A model generated the notes under the pieces. That model was not told where the DNA came from. It saw only the letters and a program-made list of their open reading frames with translations, and did not search any database. Positions 30,913 to 42,417 of a stretch of DNA of 64,000 bases are shown here, piece by piece (within the stretch, counting starts at the first letter, position 1; every line of letters begins with the position of its first letter). The position numbers were made by a program, and so were the translations under genes. The stretch comes from Caldicellulosiruptor naganoensis (GTDB lineage: Bacteria > Bacillota > Thermoanaerobacteria > Caldicellulosiruptorales > Caldicellulosiruptoraceae): positions 148,582-212,581 of the forward strand of contig NZ_CP113864.1 in assembly GCF_026914285.1 (NCBI RefSeq). The letters are read 5' to 3'.

Positions 30913-32947
30913 ATGGGTTTTAAGTTGGCTTTTTTGATTGAGCTTGCTGTTGGTATAGCAATTCTTTATTTTTTCTTAAAAACTCGTAGGACTTAGGATA
31001 ATACCAAACGACAAAGTGGGAATTGTTGAAAAGTGGTGGTCATTCCGAGGTTCTTTGAATGAACAGATTATAGCCTTAAAAGGTGAGGCAGGTTTTCAGC
31101 CAGAGGTGTTAAGAGGTGGTATTCACTTCAGAACTCCTCTTATGTACAAGGTCCACGTAGTCCCGCTTGTGACAATTCCCCAAGGGCAGATAGGCTACGT
31201 CTTTGCACGTGATGGGAAGCCTCTTGAGCCGACACAAACTCTGGGTAAAGCCGTCCCTGAGTGCAACAACTTTCAGGATGTGAGAGCTTTTTTGGAAAAC
31301 GGTGGTCCAAAAGGTCCGCAAAGAGGTATTTTGCGTGAAGGTACTTATGCTTTTAACCTTGCGCAGTTCATTGTCTTCACAGAAGACAAGATTTATTATC
31401 TTCCAATGGGCAACAAAGAAGAAAAAGAAATGATAGATAACATGGCACAGATTTTAAGACAGCGAAATGCCTTCCGACCGATTATAATCACAGAGGACAA
31501 AGAGGGAATTGTTACAGTACATGATGGACCGTCTTTGCCAAGTGGTGATATTGTTGCACCAACTGTTGGCGATGACCCATCTGACCCTGAGACTTATCAC
31601 AACAACTTCCAGGACCCCGAAAAATTCTTAAAAGCAGGTGGTTTTAGAGGAAGGCAGCTTCAGGTTCTTGTTGAGGGCACCTATTTTATAAACCGCCTTT
31701 TTGCAACAGTTGAGCTTATTGACAAGACAGTCGTCGAGGTTGGTTATGTTGGAGTTGTTGTATCATATGTTGGACCAAAAGAGCAGAACACATCAGGTGA
31801 AGATTACAAACATGGTGAGCTTGTTGAGAAAGGCTTCAGAGGCGTTTGGAAAGATCCTCTAATGCCGGGCAAATACGCTTTTAACACATATGCTGGAAAA
31901 ATTGTCAAAGTACCAACGACAAATATAATATTAAAATGGATAAGCAACCAGACAGGCACGCACCGCTATGACGAAAACCTCAAAGAAGTAAGTTTAATCA
32001 CAAAAGATGCGTTTGAACCGTCGCTACCATTGGCAGTTGTTCTTCACATAGACTACAGGAAAGCTCCTTTGGTTGTCCAAAGATTTGGAGATTTGAAGAT
32101 GCTTGTTGAGCAGACTCTTGACCCGATGGTATCTGCATACTTTAAAAATATAGGGCAGAAAAAGACTCTCATTGAGCTTATTCAGCAAAGAGATGAGATT
32201 CAGAAAATGGCATCTGAAGAGATGAAAGAGAGATTTGCTCATTACAACTTGGAACTTGAAGAGGTTTTAATTGGAACGCCAATGTCATCTCCAAACGATA
32301 ACAAGATAGACGCAATTTTAGAGCAGCTTCGCGACAGGCAAATTGCCCTTGAGCAGATAGAAACATATTCGCGCCAGCAAAAAGCAGCAGAAAAAGAAAG
32401 AGAGCTCAGAGAGGCAGAAGCTCGGGCTGCCCAGCAAAAACTTTTGACAGAGTCTGAGATAAACATTCAGATTCAGACAAACCAAGGAAAGGCAGAATAT
32501 CAGAGGTCACTTCAAGAAGCTCAGAAGATAAAAGCATTGGCTGAGGCAGAAGCAGAGAAAGAAGCGCGAATTGGTATTGGCCGGGCAATTGCAATCGAGG
32601 AGCAGGTAAAGGCATACGGCGGACCGCAATATCAAGTTCTGCAGGATGTCATGGGCAAGTTTACTCAGGCTTTGGAGAAAACTGGCATCGATATTGTTCC
32701 TGAAACAGTTGTTGCAATGGGTGAGAAGGCTTCTTCTGCATCTTTCAATGCGTTTGAAATGCTACTGACTTTGCTTTTGACAAAAGAACTTGGTATTGAA
32801 TTCAAGGTAAAAGAGACAGAGGATGAGAATGTCAAAAAGATAAAGCAGGAGATACTAAATTCAATACTTCTTGCAAAGGAAAGTGATAAGAAGGAAGAAA
32901 TCAAAGAGAATTCACAGAATCTACAACAGGAAAATAATGTATCTTAA
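30913..32947 (+). CDS. Flotillin/SPFH (band-7) domain protein; the N-terminal TM helix is in a different frame because of a 1-nt indel in the A5 run at 30978-30982
   Basis: MGFKLAFLIELAVGIAILYFFLK (TM) is followed by ...LVGLRIIPNDKVGIVEKWW... and a C-terminal flotillin-type EA/coiled-coil region (AEARAAQQKLL...AEAEAEKEARIG). Confidence 0.75.
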
Positions 32948-32982
32948 GGTGTAAGATTTTAAATATTCTATTCCTAAAAAGT

Positions 32983-33033
32983 GCGGCTCTGGGGAAGGAA
33001 TGTTTCAAAATATGCCAGAGCCGCTTTGCTTTT
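32983..33033 (+). terminator. Rho-independent terminator after the flotillin gene
   Basis: Stem gcggctctgg/ccagagccgc followed by tttgctttt. Confidence 0.7.
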
Positions 33034-33164
33034 CAGAAAAAGACACTACAAAATTTGAGTTTTGTATGCTAAAATAATTTCATATAGATTGCAAACGTTT
33101 GCCCAAAATAAGCTATGGGTATAAATTAATTAGAACAAATTGAAAAAGGGGAGAAACAAGAAAG

Positions 33165-35243
33165 ATGTCAGTTTTAGAAAAACTTGTTGAGATTCTGAAT
33201 AATAAAGCAAAAGAGTGGGATGCAAAAAACGATTTCAGAGTACCAAAACTTTGGGATAGTTTCGGCTATGATGGGTTTGAGAAAAAAGAAAACAATGATG
33301 GTACAATCTCAGTAAACCCTTATAAGTTTGTTGCACAGGCGATAGAAAAAGCAATTTTGCCTTATATGAAAGATAACACTGATTATCTTCAGCCACTTTC
33401 TAAAATACTTTCTAAACACAATAGACCTTCAGAAAAAACTTATAGCAGCTGGATCGAAAAGAGCAGTGTATATGGTATGCAAATTCGTACATTTTCAGCC
33501 TGGGATCATGACTTATCAAAAGAACTTGAACTTGAAAATAGCTTCGGTCTAAAAGATACAGGTACATTTGTTAAAACAATTGCACTGCTGCCTCATATAA
33601 AAAGAATGGGTTTTGATGCCATTTACGCTCTTCCAATTACCAAAAACAGCACAAGGTATAAAAAAGGTGAGATGGGCTCGCCTTATGCAGTCAAGAACTT
33701 TTTTGAACTTGACCCAGTGCTTTTTGACCCTATGGCAGATAAGCTTTCAATAGATGAACAATTTAAAGCTTTGATTGAAGCGTGCCATATTCTTGACATA
33801 AGATTTATAATTGATATTATTCCACGCACATCTGCAAGGGACTCTGATTTTATACTGGAACATCCTGACTGGTTTTACTGGATTAAAATAGAGGATTTAG
33901 AAGACTACGGTCCACCAAAGCTGACTTTGATAAAAGAGTTTACAAAGGCAAATGAAGAAAATATTGAGCTTATATACAAGGATCCGGCTGTGCAAAAGCA
34001 TATTAAAAAGTTTGTACCATCACCTGACAGGTTTGACCCTCAAAAGTGGCAAAGTATAAAAGAAAGGTGCGAAAAAGACAAAAACCTTGACTTTTTCGAG
34101 CTAATTGAAAAAGAGATTGGGATAACTACTGCACCAGCTTTTTCAGACTGTCTTAATGACCCGCAGCCGCCATGGTCAGATGTGACGTATTTGAGGCTGT
34201 ATCTTGACAATCCTGTGCAGTCTGCAAAGTATGTAGATGAAAGCCAGCCGCCGTATATTCTTTTTGATATTATAAGAGGAAATATCTTCAAAGGCAAAAA
34301 GCCAAACAAAGAGCTTTGGGAAAAAATTGCAAGCATCATTGTACATTACCAGAAGAACTTTGGTATAGATGGTGCAAGGATTGACATGGGTCATGCTCTT
34401 CCAAAAGAACTGGAAGACATGATAATTTCAAATGCCAGAAAAGTAGACCCCGAATTTTGCTTTATTGCAGAAGAACTTTCGATGAATGCACACAGAAAAG
34501 CAAAAGAGTCAGGGTATGACATGATAATAGGTGATCTTTGGGCAAGAGAACCACGATACTATCAAGGAACGCTGAAAAAGGTTTTGGATATACTTTTGCA
34601 GCTTGAAGTTCCTGTTTTTGCGGCATGTGAGATTCCAGACAGTCCGCGCGCAGCTTCAAGGCTTGGAAAAAGAGAATTTTCACGGTTTGCGACAGTTTTA
34701 AATTTCTTTTTACCAAACAGTGTGCTTTTTGTCACGTGCGGGCAGGAAGTTTATGAAGTTCAGCCAATGAATTTAGGTCTTGACCCGCAACCAGAAGGCA
34801 AGTTTATGCTTTCTAAATCAGACCCTCTTTATGGTAAGCTTGCGTTTTTTGATAAATACGCCCTTCACTGGACAAACGAAGGTGCAGATGAAATGATAGC
34901 TTTAATTGAAGAAGTAGCTAAGATAAGAAAAGAATATTTGGACTTTATGAGTGAAGAAAACTTTTTCAAGATTCCTCACAACAGCAAATTTGTCTTGGCA
35001 TTTGGATACAAACTTTTTACTGAACATGAGAAGCAGTACCTGATTGTGGTTGCAAATGCTGATATTTTACGAAAAAGAAAAATAAGGTTGGATTTGATGA
35101 AAGCAGGTTTATTTGATGTGGGGAAAGGAAGACAAATTGAGTGTATCTACTCTCTAAAAGGAGATAAAAATAATGCTTACGATTTTCCACATGTTACAGT
35201 TGATATGGAAACTCTTGATATAAAAATTTTGAAGGTAAAATAA
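33165..35243 (+). CDS. Alpha-amylase-family (GH13-like) protein, intracellular
   Basis: A GFDAIYALPI beta2-like strand, ILDIRFIIDIIP (region I-like), GIDGARIDMGHALP (region II) and CFIAEELS (region III Glu) are present. Confidence 0.55.
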   Translation: MSVLEKLVEILNNKAKEWDAKNDFRVPKLWDSFGYDGFEKKENNDGTISVNPYKFVAQAIEKAILPYMKDNTDYLQPLSKILSKHNRPSEKTYSSWIEKSSVYGMQIRTFSAWDHDLSKELELENSFGLKDTGTFVKTIALLPHIKRMGFDAIYALPITKNSTRYKKGEMGSPYAVKNFFELDPVLFDPMADKLSIDEQFKALIEACHILDIRFIIDIIPRTSARDSDFILEHPDWFYWIKIEDLEDYGPPKLTLIKEFTKANEENIELIYKDPAVQKHIKKFVPSPDRFDPQKWQSIKERCEKDKNLDFFELIEKEIGITTAPAFSDCLNDPQPPWSDVTYLRLYLDNPVQSAKYVDESQPPYILFDIIRGNIFKGKKPNKELWEKIASIIVHYQKNFGIDGARIDMGHALPKELEDMIISNARKVDPEFCFIAEELSMNAHRKAKESGYDMIIGDLWAREPRYYQGTLKKVLDILLQLEVPVFAACEIPDSPRAASRLGKREFSRFATVLNFFLPNSVLFVTCGQEVYEVQPMNLGLDPQPEGKFMLSKSDPLYGKLAFFDKYALHWTNEGADEMIALIEEVAKIRKEYLDFMSEENFFKIPHNSKFVLAFGYKLFTEHEKQYLIVVANADILRKRKIRLDLMKAGLFDVGKGRQIECIYSLKGDKNNAYDFPHVTVDMETLDIKILKVK

Positions 35244-35310
35244 AAAGTTGACACTTTCCTTACACAGGCAAAGAGGTAAAATAAAAAATATAAATTTGAT
35301 GTGCAAGGAG

Positions 35311-36126
35311 ATGAATTTTCAAAAGATGAAAAAGATTTATTATTGTTTTCCTGGTGGCAGGTTCAAAGCACTGACAATGAGCTATGACGATGGCAAAAAG
35401 CAGGATATAAAACTTGTTGAAATTTTAAACAAGTATAGAATTAAAGGGACATTTAATTTAAACGCTGGACTTTTGGGCCAAAGTGATAGAATTTCAAAAG
35501 AAGATGTAAAAAAGCTTTATGAAGGTCATGAGGTTGCATCGCATACTTACAATCATCCAACAATTGCAAGGTGTCCTCATGACCAAGTAGTTCAGCAGAT
35601 AATTGAGGACAGAAAGATTTTAGAAGACATCGTTGGATATCCAGTAAGAGGGCTTGCCTATCCAAATGGATCTTATACACCTGAGATAAAAAAGCTTTTG
35701 CCATACTGTGGAATTGATTATGCAAGAATAGTTGGGGATAGTTTTGATTTTTCTCTTCCGTTTGATTTTTATGAATGGAAGGCAACCTGCCACCATAACC
35801 ATAATCTTTTAAAACTTGCAGAGCAGTTTTTAAGCTTTTATAAAAAGCAATATCTGTATCTTTTTTATGTCTGGGGACACAGCTATGAGTTTGACAATGA
35901 CAACAACTGGGATTTAATTGAAGAGTTTTGCAAAATGGTAGGTGACCAACCGGATATCTGGTATGCAACAAACATCGAGATTGTTGACTACATAAAAGCC
36001 TTGCAAAATCTCAAGTTTTCAGCAAACGGCGACTTTGTATACAACCCATCTTCAATTGACGTCTGGATTTCTGTAGATGATAAGATTGTTAAGGTTGAAG
36101 GTGGGAAGATAACAAAGCTTTTATAA
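35311..36126 (+). CDS. Polysaccharide deacetylase (CE4 family)
   Basis: TMSYDDG (motif 1) and EVASHTYNHP (His motif). Start chosen at the ATG after the RBS caaggag. Confidence 0.75.
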   Translation: MNFQKMKKIYYCFPGGRFKALTMSYDDGKKQDIKLVEILNKYRIKGTFNLNAGLLGQSDRISKEDVKKLYEGHEVASHTYNHPTIARCPHDQVVQQIIEDRKILEDIVGYPVRGLAYPNGSYTPEIKKLLPYCGIDYARIVGDSFDFSLPFDFYEWKATCHHNHNLLKLAEQFLSFYKKQYLYLFYVWGHSYEFDNDNNWDLIEEFCKMVGDQPDIWYATNIEIVDYIKALQNLKFSANGDFVYNPSSIDVWISVDDKIVKVEGGKITKLL

Positions 36127-36528
36127 TAGATAAAAAGAACATTAGAGGGGCTTGGTAGAAAGTAATTTTTCCAAAACCCCTCTTTTTTTATTACCTTATA
36201 AAGTTAGTAAATACCTTTGCCTCTTTAGGAGGCTCCAAAATGCTGCCTTTTCCATTTTCAACAAGCTTCAAAAGCCAAGCCATGTTTTTGCCAAGCACTT
36301 TCATAATCAGGACGCCTTCTTCATCCTGCAAAACTTTATTTTTTCACTTTTCACAATATCGTCTTATTATACATGTGCAAATTAAACAAATTTAGACAAG
36401 AAGGCATATATTTTTTGTAAAAGGTGCTTGACAGGGTAGCTTTCATGTTCTATAATGAAATTAATCACAAATGAGCATAAATGATTAAATTCATTCATCA
36501 AAATGAGCATAAACGAAAGGTAAATAAA

Positions 36529-37281
36529 ATGTTTGCTGAGGAAAGAAAAAGTAAAATTGCGCAGATAATAAAAAGTGGGCAAAGTGTTAAGGTTTCAGAG
36601 CTTGCAAAGCTGTTTGGAGTGTCAGAGTCAACCATCAGAAGAGATTTGGCAGAGCTTGAAGCTCTGGGGATAATAAAAAGAACCCATGGTGGGGCGGTCA
36701 ACAATTTCATTGCCTCTTTCGAGCCTTCTTTTGCAGAAAAAGAAGATAAATTTGCAAAAGAAAAAGAATATATAGGAAAGCTTGCAGCAAACATGATTTG
36801 TGAAGGAGACACAGTTATTTTAGATTCAGGTACAACAACCCAGTATATTGCAAGAAATTTAACAGCAAGAAATGTTACTGTTATAACTAATTCAGTAAAT
36901 ATAGCTTATGAACTATCAAACAATGACAATATTGAAGTTATTGTTACGGGTGGGGTTATAAGAACAAAGACAAAAGCTCTTGTTGGAGATATAACGCAAA
37001 GCATACTCAGACAGTTTAGGGTTGACAAAGCTTTTGTGGCAGCAAACGGAGTGTCGATAGAGTTTGGAGTGACAACGCCAAGCCATGTTGAGGCTGCTAT
37101 AAAAAGAGCAATGATAGAAAATGCAAAAGAGGTTTTTTTGGTTGCAGACAGTTCAAAATTTGGCCAGGTTACTTTTTCACTCATATGTCCTGTGGAAAGG
37201 CTTGATTATATTATAACTGATAAGATGGATGACAGACAGAAAGCTGAGTATGAAAAACTTGGTGTGAAGGTGATAACATAA
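36529..37281 (+). CDS. fruR: DeoR-family transcriptional repressor of the fructose operon
   Basis: An N-terminal HTH (VKVSELAKLFGVSESTIRRDLAELE) is followed by a DeoR C-terminal sugar-binding domain. It lies upstream of fruK and the fructose PTS genes. Confidence 0.85.
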   Translation: MFAEERKSKIAQIIKSGQSVKVSELAKLFGVSESTIRRDLAELEALGIIKRTHGGAVNNFIASFEPSFAEKEDKFAKEKEYIGKLAANMICEGDTVILDSGTTTQYIARNLTARNVTVITNSVNIAYELSNNDNIEVIVTGGVIRTKTKALVGDITQSILRQFRVDKAFVAANGVSIEFGVTTPSHVEAAIKRAMIENAKEVFLVADSSKFGQVTFSLICPVERLDYIITDKMDDRQKAEYEKLGVKVIT

Positions 37282-37308
37282 AATTTTAAGTTTCAAGGTG
37301 GGATTGAA

Positions 37309-38256
37309 TTGATCTATACAGTCACACTAAATCCAGCAATAGATATGACAGTGTATATCGATGAGCTTAAAAAAGGACAAGTAAACAGAAGTAGCCTTTG
37401 TATAGTAGATGCAGGTGGAAAAGGCATAAATGTTTCAAAGGTTATAAAATCCTTGGGCGGAGAATCAATTGCACTTGGTTTTTTAGGAAATGACAATAAA
37501 GACTGGTTTTTGAAATACTTAAAAAACATGCAGATTGATTATGACTTTATTTTTGTAGATGGTCTTACACGAACAAATATCAAAATTGTTGAGACAGCAC
37601 AAAAAGTTTATACTGACCTCAATCAAAACGGTTTTGAAGTGAGGAAGAAAGACATAAACCTTTTGTTTGATAAGATAGATAGAATTGCAAAAAGTGATGA
37701 CATCTTTGTGCTCTCAGGAAGCCTTCCACCTGGTGCAGATGAAGATGTGTATGTAGAGCTTATAAGAATGCTAAAACGAAAAGGCGCAAAAATTATATAT
37801 GATGCCGACGGAAAAGCGCTTGAGAGCGGTGTTTTAGAAAAACCAGATGTTATAAAACCTAATATCCATGAATTTAAGTGTCTTTTTGATGTCGATGAAA
37901 ATGATTTAAATTCTATTGTAAGTTCAGCAAGAAAACTTATAGAAAATGGGATAAAAAAGATTTTGATTTCGATGGGACCAAAGGGTGCAGTTTTTGTGAC
38001 AGAAAACATGGAGTTGTTTGCAAATGCAGCTGAGGCTAAAGTAAAAAGCACAACAGGCGCTGGCGACTCAATGGTTGCAGCTATTTCTTATGGGCTTTCA
38101 CAAAATATGGATGATGTATCTATTTTCAAGCTTGCTTTAGCCTGTGCAGCGGCAAAGGTTTCAAAGGAAGGTGTAAAGGCGCCTGAGAGAGATGAGATTG
38201 AGGAGTTTTTGAAAAAAATAAAATTAGAAAGGCTGGGGGAAGTAAGATGGATATAA
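37309..38256 (+). CDS. fruK: 1-phosphofructokinase (PfkB family)
   Basis: MIYTVTLNPAIDMT..., GGKGINVSKV and a C-terminal GAGDSMVAA motif. Confidence 0.85.
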   Translation: MIYTVTLNPAIDMTVYIDELKKGQVNRSSLCIVDAGGKGINVSKVIKSLGGESIALGFLGNDNKDWFLKYLKNMQIDYDFIFVDGLTRTNIKIVETAQKVYTDLNQNGFEVRKKDINLLFDKIDRIAKSDDIFVLSGSLPPGADEDVYVELIRMLKRKGAKIIYDADGKALESGVLEKPDVIKPNIHEFKCLFDVDENDLNSIVSSARKLIENGIKKILISMGPKGAVFVTENMELFANAAEAKVKSTTGAGDSMVAAISYGLSQNMDDVSIFKLALACAAAKVSKEGVKAPERDEIEEFLKKIKLERLGEVRWI

Positions 38257-38696
38257 AAGCTTTGTTTTCACCATCAAGAATGAGTTTTGACTTGCAGGCA
38301 GAAACAAAGGAAGAGGTTATTGACGAGCTTATAGATCTTCTCTATAAAGATGGAAAACTATCTGACAAAGAAAAGTTTAAAAAAGCAGTTATAAAACGTG
38401 AAGAAGAATTTTCAACAGGTATAGGTATGGGCATTGCAATTCCTCATGGGAAAGATAGTTCAGTTTTAGAGCCTTGTATTACCTTTGGTGTTTCTAAAAA
38501 AGGGGTAGATTTTGATTCTATGGATGGAGAGCCTGCATATATATTCTTTCTAATTGCAGTTCCCGAAAATGCGGATGATACACATCTTCATGTATTGAGT
38601 TTTATATCACGAAAACTTATGCATGAAGATGTGAGAAAAAAATTATATAATGCTAAGTCTTTTGAAGATGTCATAACTGCTTTTGAAGAAAAATAA
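38247..38696 (+). CDS. PTS fructose-specific EIIA component
   Basis: A PTS_EIIA_2-type domain with GIAIPHGK (phosphorylatable His). 149 aa. Confidence 0.8.
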   Translation: MDIKALFSPSRMSFDLQAETKEEVIDELIDLLYKDGKLSDKEKFKKAVIKREEEFSTGIGMGIAIPHGKDSSVLEPCITFGVSKKGVDFDSMDGEPAYIFFLIAVPENADDTHLHVLSFISRKLMHEDVRKKLYNAKSFEDVITAFEEK

Positions 38697-38717
38697 AAAA
38701 TGAGGAGGAATAGGAAG

Positions 38718-40082
38718 ATGAAAAAAATAGTGGCTGTCACATCTTGCCCCACTGGAATTGCCCACACGTACATGGCGGCAGAGGCACTTCAGATGGCGGC
38801 AAAAGAACTTGGGGTTGAAATTAAGGTTGAGACAAGAGGTTCTGTCGGTGCAGAAAACGAGATAACACCCGAAGATTTAAAAGAGGCACATGCAGTTATA
38901 CTTGCATGCGACACAAAGATTGATGAAGACAGGTTCCAAGGGCTTCCAATTGTTCGAGCAAGTGTGAAGGATGCTATCAAAGACCCCAAAGGACTTATCA
39001 CAAAAGCAATGAACATGGAAAAGAAAGATTATGTTGACAAGGTCTTTGAGGCAAAAAAAGAAGCAAAAGAAAAGGCAACAGGTGTGTACAAGCACCTAAT
39101 GACAGGTGTTTCTTATATGATTCCATTTGTTGTTGCAGGTGGTATTTTAATTGCAATATCTTTTGCATTTGGAATTAAAGCTTTTGAGAAAAAAGGAACA
39201 CTTGCAGCAGCGCTCATGGACATAGGCGGTGGCAGTGCATTTTATCTCATGGTTCCAATTCTGGCTGGCTTTATTGCATTTTCGATTGCAGACAGGCCTG
39301 GGCTTGTACCAGGAATGATAGGTGGGCTTTTGGCAAATAAGCTTGGAGCAGGTTTTTTGGGCGGCATTGTTGCAGGGTTTGCAGCTGGGTATTTAGTTGC
39401 ATGGCTTAAGAAAATCATAAAGCTGCCAAAGACAATGGAAGGTTTGATGCCAGTATTGATACTTCCTGTTTTGTCAACATTGATTATTGGTTTGGGTATG
39501 ATATATGTTGTAGGCGAACCTGTTGCAGCTTTAAATAAGGCAATGACTGAATGGCTCAAGAGCATGAGCAGTGGTAGTGCTGCGTTACTTGGAATAATTT
39601 TGGGTTTGATGATGGCGTTTGATATGGGTGGACCTGTCAACAAAGCTGCATATACATTTGCTGTATCAACTTTGGCGGCAGGTCAGCCATCAACGATAAT
39701 GGCAGCTGTCATGGCAGCTGGCATGACACCACCACTTGGACTTGCACTTGCAACCTTGATAGCAAAGGATAAATTTACAACAGAAGAAAGAGAAGCAGGA
39801 AAGGCGGCATTCTTCCTTGGAATTTCATTTATAACCGAAGGTGCAATCCCGTTTGCTGCAGCTGATCCACTTAGAGTTATTCCATCTATTATGGTAGGTT
39901 CAGCTGTGACTTCTGCCTTGAGCATATTGTTTAAAGCCACATTAGCAGTGCCTCATGGTGGAATATTTGTTTTGCCAATTCCGAATGCAGTTGGTAATTT
40001 GCCATTGTATGCACTTGCAATTTTGATAGGTACCATTGTGACAGCACTTATGGTTTCGGCCTTGAAACCTAAAAAGGTATAA
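38718..40082 (+). CDS. fruA: PTS fructose-specific EIIBC component
   Basis: EIIB has VTSCPTGIAHTYMAAEAL (Cys site). EIIC is a multi-TM domain. The RBS is gaggagg. Confidence 0.85.
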   Translation: MKKIVAVTSCPTGIAHTYMAAEALQMAAKELGVEIKVETRGSVGAENEITPEDLKEAHAVILACDTKIDEDRFQGLPIVRASVKDAIKDPKGLITKAMNMEKKDYVDKVFEAKKEAKEKATGVYKHLMTGVSYMIPFVVAGGILIAISFAFGIKAFEKKGTLAAALMDIGGGSAFYLMVPILAGFIAFSIADRPGLVPGMIGGLLANKLGAGFLGGIVAGFAAGYLVAWLKKIIKLPKTMEGLMPVLILPVLSTLIIGLGMIYVVGEPVAALNKAMTEWLKSMSSGSAALLGIILGLMMAFDMGGPVNKAAYTFAVSTLAAGQPSTIMAAVMAAGMTPPLGLALATLIAKDKFTTEEREAGKAAFFLGISFITEGAIPFAAADPLRVIPSIMVGSAVTSALSILFKATLAVPHGGIFVLPIPNAVGNLPLYALAILIGTIVTALMVSALKPKKV

Positions 40083-40143
40083 AGGTAGGGCAGGGCATCC
40101 TGCCTTTTCTTCTTGTAAAAATAATTTACTTGGAGGGAAGAAA

Positions 40144-40404
40144 ATGGTTGAAGCAAAAGTGATTTTGCAAAATCCAACAGGCCTTCATGCAAGACCTGCT
40201 AGTATATTTGTCACACAGGCGGCTAAATTTAAGAGTGATATATTTATCGTCAAAGACGGCAAGGAAGTGAACGCAAAAAGCATATTGAATATTTTGGCAA
40301 TAGGGGCTAAAAAAGGTGATGAGATTACTTTAAAAGTCACTGGTGAGGATGAAAAAGAGGCTTTAGATACTTTGGTAAAACTTCTTGAAGGGTTGAATAA
40401 GTAG
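40144..40404 (+). CDS. ptsH: Phosphocarrier protein HPr
   Basis: GLHARPAS (His15 region) and the SIL region (Ser46 context) in an 86-aa ORF. Confidence 0.85.
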   Translation: MVEAKVILQNPTGLHARPASIFVTQAAKFKSDIFIVKDGKEVNAKSILNILAIGAKKGDEITLKVTGEDEKEALDTLVKLLEGLNK

Positions 40405-40422
40405 AAAAAGATGGAGGTATAA

Positions 40423-42093
40423 GTGTATATGATCACAGGAATACCTGTATCAGAAGGAATTGGAATTGGGAAAGCTGTAATTGTCAAAAAAGAATATAGC
40501 ATAAAGCGCTGTAGCGTAGATAATATTGACAAAGAGATAGAAAGATTTTTGGATGCTATTGATAAAGCTAAAAAAGAGATTTTAGAGATTAAAAAACATG
40601 CAGAGCAAAACCTTGGTCCAGATAAAGCCATGATATTTGATGCACACCTTTTAATTCTTGACGACCCTGAGTTTGTTAAAATGGTGAAAGAAAAGATACA
40701 GCAAGGAACAAATGCAGAATGGGCAGTTGATGAGTCAGCAAAGTTTTATGAAAGCTTGCTCTTGAGCTTGGATGATGAGTATATGAGAGAGAGGGCAAAC
40801 GATATTAAGGATGTATCTAAAAGACTTATCAGGATTCTTAGTGGTGAAAGTGATTCAGAGGCAGGTTTAAAAAATCTTGCTGAGGGCAGTATTATTGTGG
40901 CTGAGGATTTGACACCTTCTGAAACTGCTCAGATGGACAAAACAAAAGTAACTGGTTTTGTTACACAACAGGGCGGAAAGACATCTCACACAGCTATAAT
41001 TGCCCGAACATATGAGATTCCTGCAATAGTAGGTGTAAAAGGTGCTCTTGAGAAAATAAAAGATGGTGATGTTGTAATTGTAGATGGATATCAAGGTATG
41101 GTTTTAATCAACCCTGACAAGCAGACACTTGAAGAATATGAAAAGAGAATAAAAGAGGAAAAACAGAAAAAGGAAGAACTGAAAAGATTTGTTGCAACAG
41201 AAGTTAAAACCAAGGACGGCAAAAAAATTAAGGTGTATGCCAACATCGCTCTTCCTGACGAGGCTGAGATTGCGATAAAAAATGGCGCAGAGGGAATTGG
41301 ACTTTTCAGAACAGAGTTTTTGTTTATGAACCGCAGTTCACCACCTTCAGAAGATGAGCAGTTTGCTGCATACAAAGCTGTGCTTGAGAAGATGGAAGGG
41401 AAGCCTGTTATTATAAGAACATTGGATGTTGGAGGAGACAAAAATATTCCGTATTTGAACATAGAAAATGAGCTCAACCCATTTTTAGGTTACAGGGCAA
41501 TAAGGCTTTGTTTAGGTTACAAAGAACTGTTTAAAACACAACTAAGAGCGCTTTTGAGGGCATCAATTTATGGAAATCTAAAAATAATGTTTCCTATGAT
41601 AACCACTGCTGGCGAACTAAAAGAGGCAAAAAGCATTTTGCAAGAAGCTAAAGAAGAATTGAAAAAACAGGGAATAGAGTTTTCAGAAAAAATAGAAATT
41701 GGCATAATGATTGAGACACCTGCTGCAGCACTTGTTTCGGACATTCTTGCCGATGAGGTAGACTTTTTCAGCATAGGTACGAATGACCTTATCCAATATA
41801 CACTTGCAATTGACAGGACAAATGAAAAGGTCTCGTACTTGTATGACCCATTGAATACCGCAGTTTTGAGGTTAATTAAAATGATAGTTGAAAATGCGCA
41901 CAAAAAAGGAAAAGAAGTTGGAGTTTGTGGAGAGATAGCTTCTGATGAGAATATTGTACCAATCTTGATTGGCCTTGGTGTTGATGAACTTAGTGTAAAT
42001 CCTGCAAAGGTTTTAAGTGTTAAAAAGAAGATAATAGAAACTGATTTTAATATAGAAAAAAACAAAGTAAATGGATATTTGCAAATAAGCTAA
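40423..42093 (+). CDS. ptsI: Phosphoenolpyruvate-protein phosphotransferase (Enzyme I)
   Basis: GGKTSHTAIIAR (active His), and the PEP-utilising C-terminal domain has the catalytic Cys within VGVCGE. Start is GTG 40423 or ATG 40429. Confidence 0.9.
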   Translation: MYMITGIPVSEGIGIGKAVIVKKEYSIKRCSVDNIDKEIERFLDAIDKAKKEILEIKKHAEQNLGPDKAMIFDAHLLILDDPEFVKMVKEKIQQGTNAEWAVDESAKFYESLLLSLDDEYMRERANDIKDVSKRLIRILSGESDSEAGLKNLAEGSIIVAEDLTPSETAQMDKTKVTGFVTQQGGKTSHTAIIARTYEIPAIVGVKGALEKIKDGDVVIVDGYQGMVLINPDKQTLEEYEKRIKEEKQKKEELKRFVATEVKTKDGKKIKVYANIALPDEAEIAIKNGAEGIGLFRTEFLFMNRSSPPSEDEQFAAYKAVLEKMEGKPVIIRTLDVGGDKNIPYLNIENELNPFLGYRAIRLCLGYKELFKTQLRALLRASIYGNLKIMFPMITTAGELKEAKSILQEAKEELKKQGIEFSEKIEIGIMIETPAAALVSDILADEVDFFSIGTNDLIQYTLAIDRTNEKVSYLYDPLNTAVLRLIKMIVENAHKKGKEVGVCGEIASDENIVPILIGLGVDELSVNPAKVLSVKKKIIETDFNIEKNKVNGYLQIS

Positions 42094-42102
42094 AATAATA
42101 AA

Positions 42103-42172
42103 GGCTGTTATAGGCTTGGGTTTAAAGGCAGCTTTGCTATTGCCTATAGCAGCCTTTTGGCTTTTGATTTTT
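42103..42172 (+). terminator. Terminator after ptsI
   Basis: Stem ggctgttatagg/cctatagcagcc followed by ttttggcttttgattttt. Confidence 0.55.
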
Positions 42173-42417
42173 ATCAACTTAATTTTTAGTTTTTCAAAAT
42201 TTTGAGACAAACACTTAAAAAATAGTGATGGTATTCCTCACAATCATAGCTGTAAAATGAAAAAAGACAACAAATTTGAAATATAAAATTTTGCAGTAAA
42301 AAGGCTAAGGCGATGCAGAAAAAAGCAAAGCTTTAGCCTTTTTGTTTTCAAAATACTCAAAATGTGGTATTTTAAAATATATAAATTTATTTCACAAGAA
42401 AAAGGAGGAGTTTTAGG

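Noticed and set aside
36190-36303. A 37-aa minus-strand ORF (MKVLGKNMAWLLKLVENGKGSILEPPKEAKVFTNFIR) between the deacetylase gene and fruR
   Set aside because: It is too short, has no clear RBS, and matches nothing recognisable. It is possibly a gene fragment.
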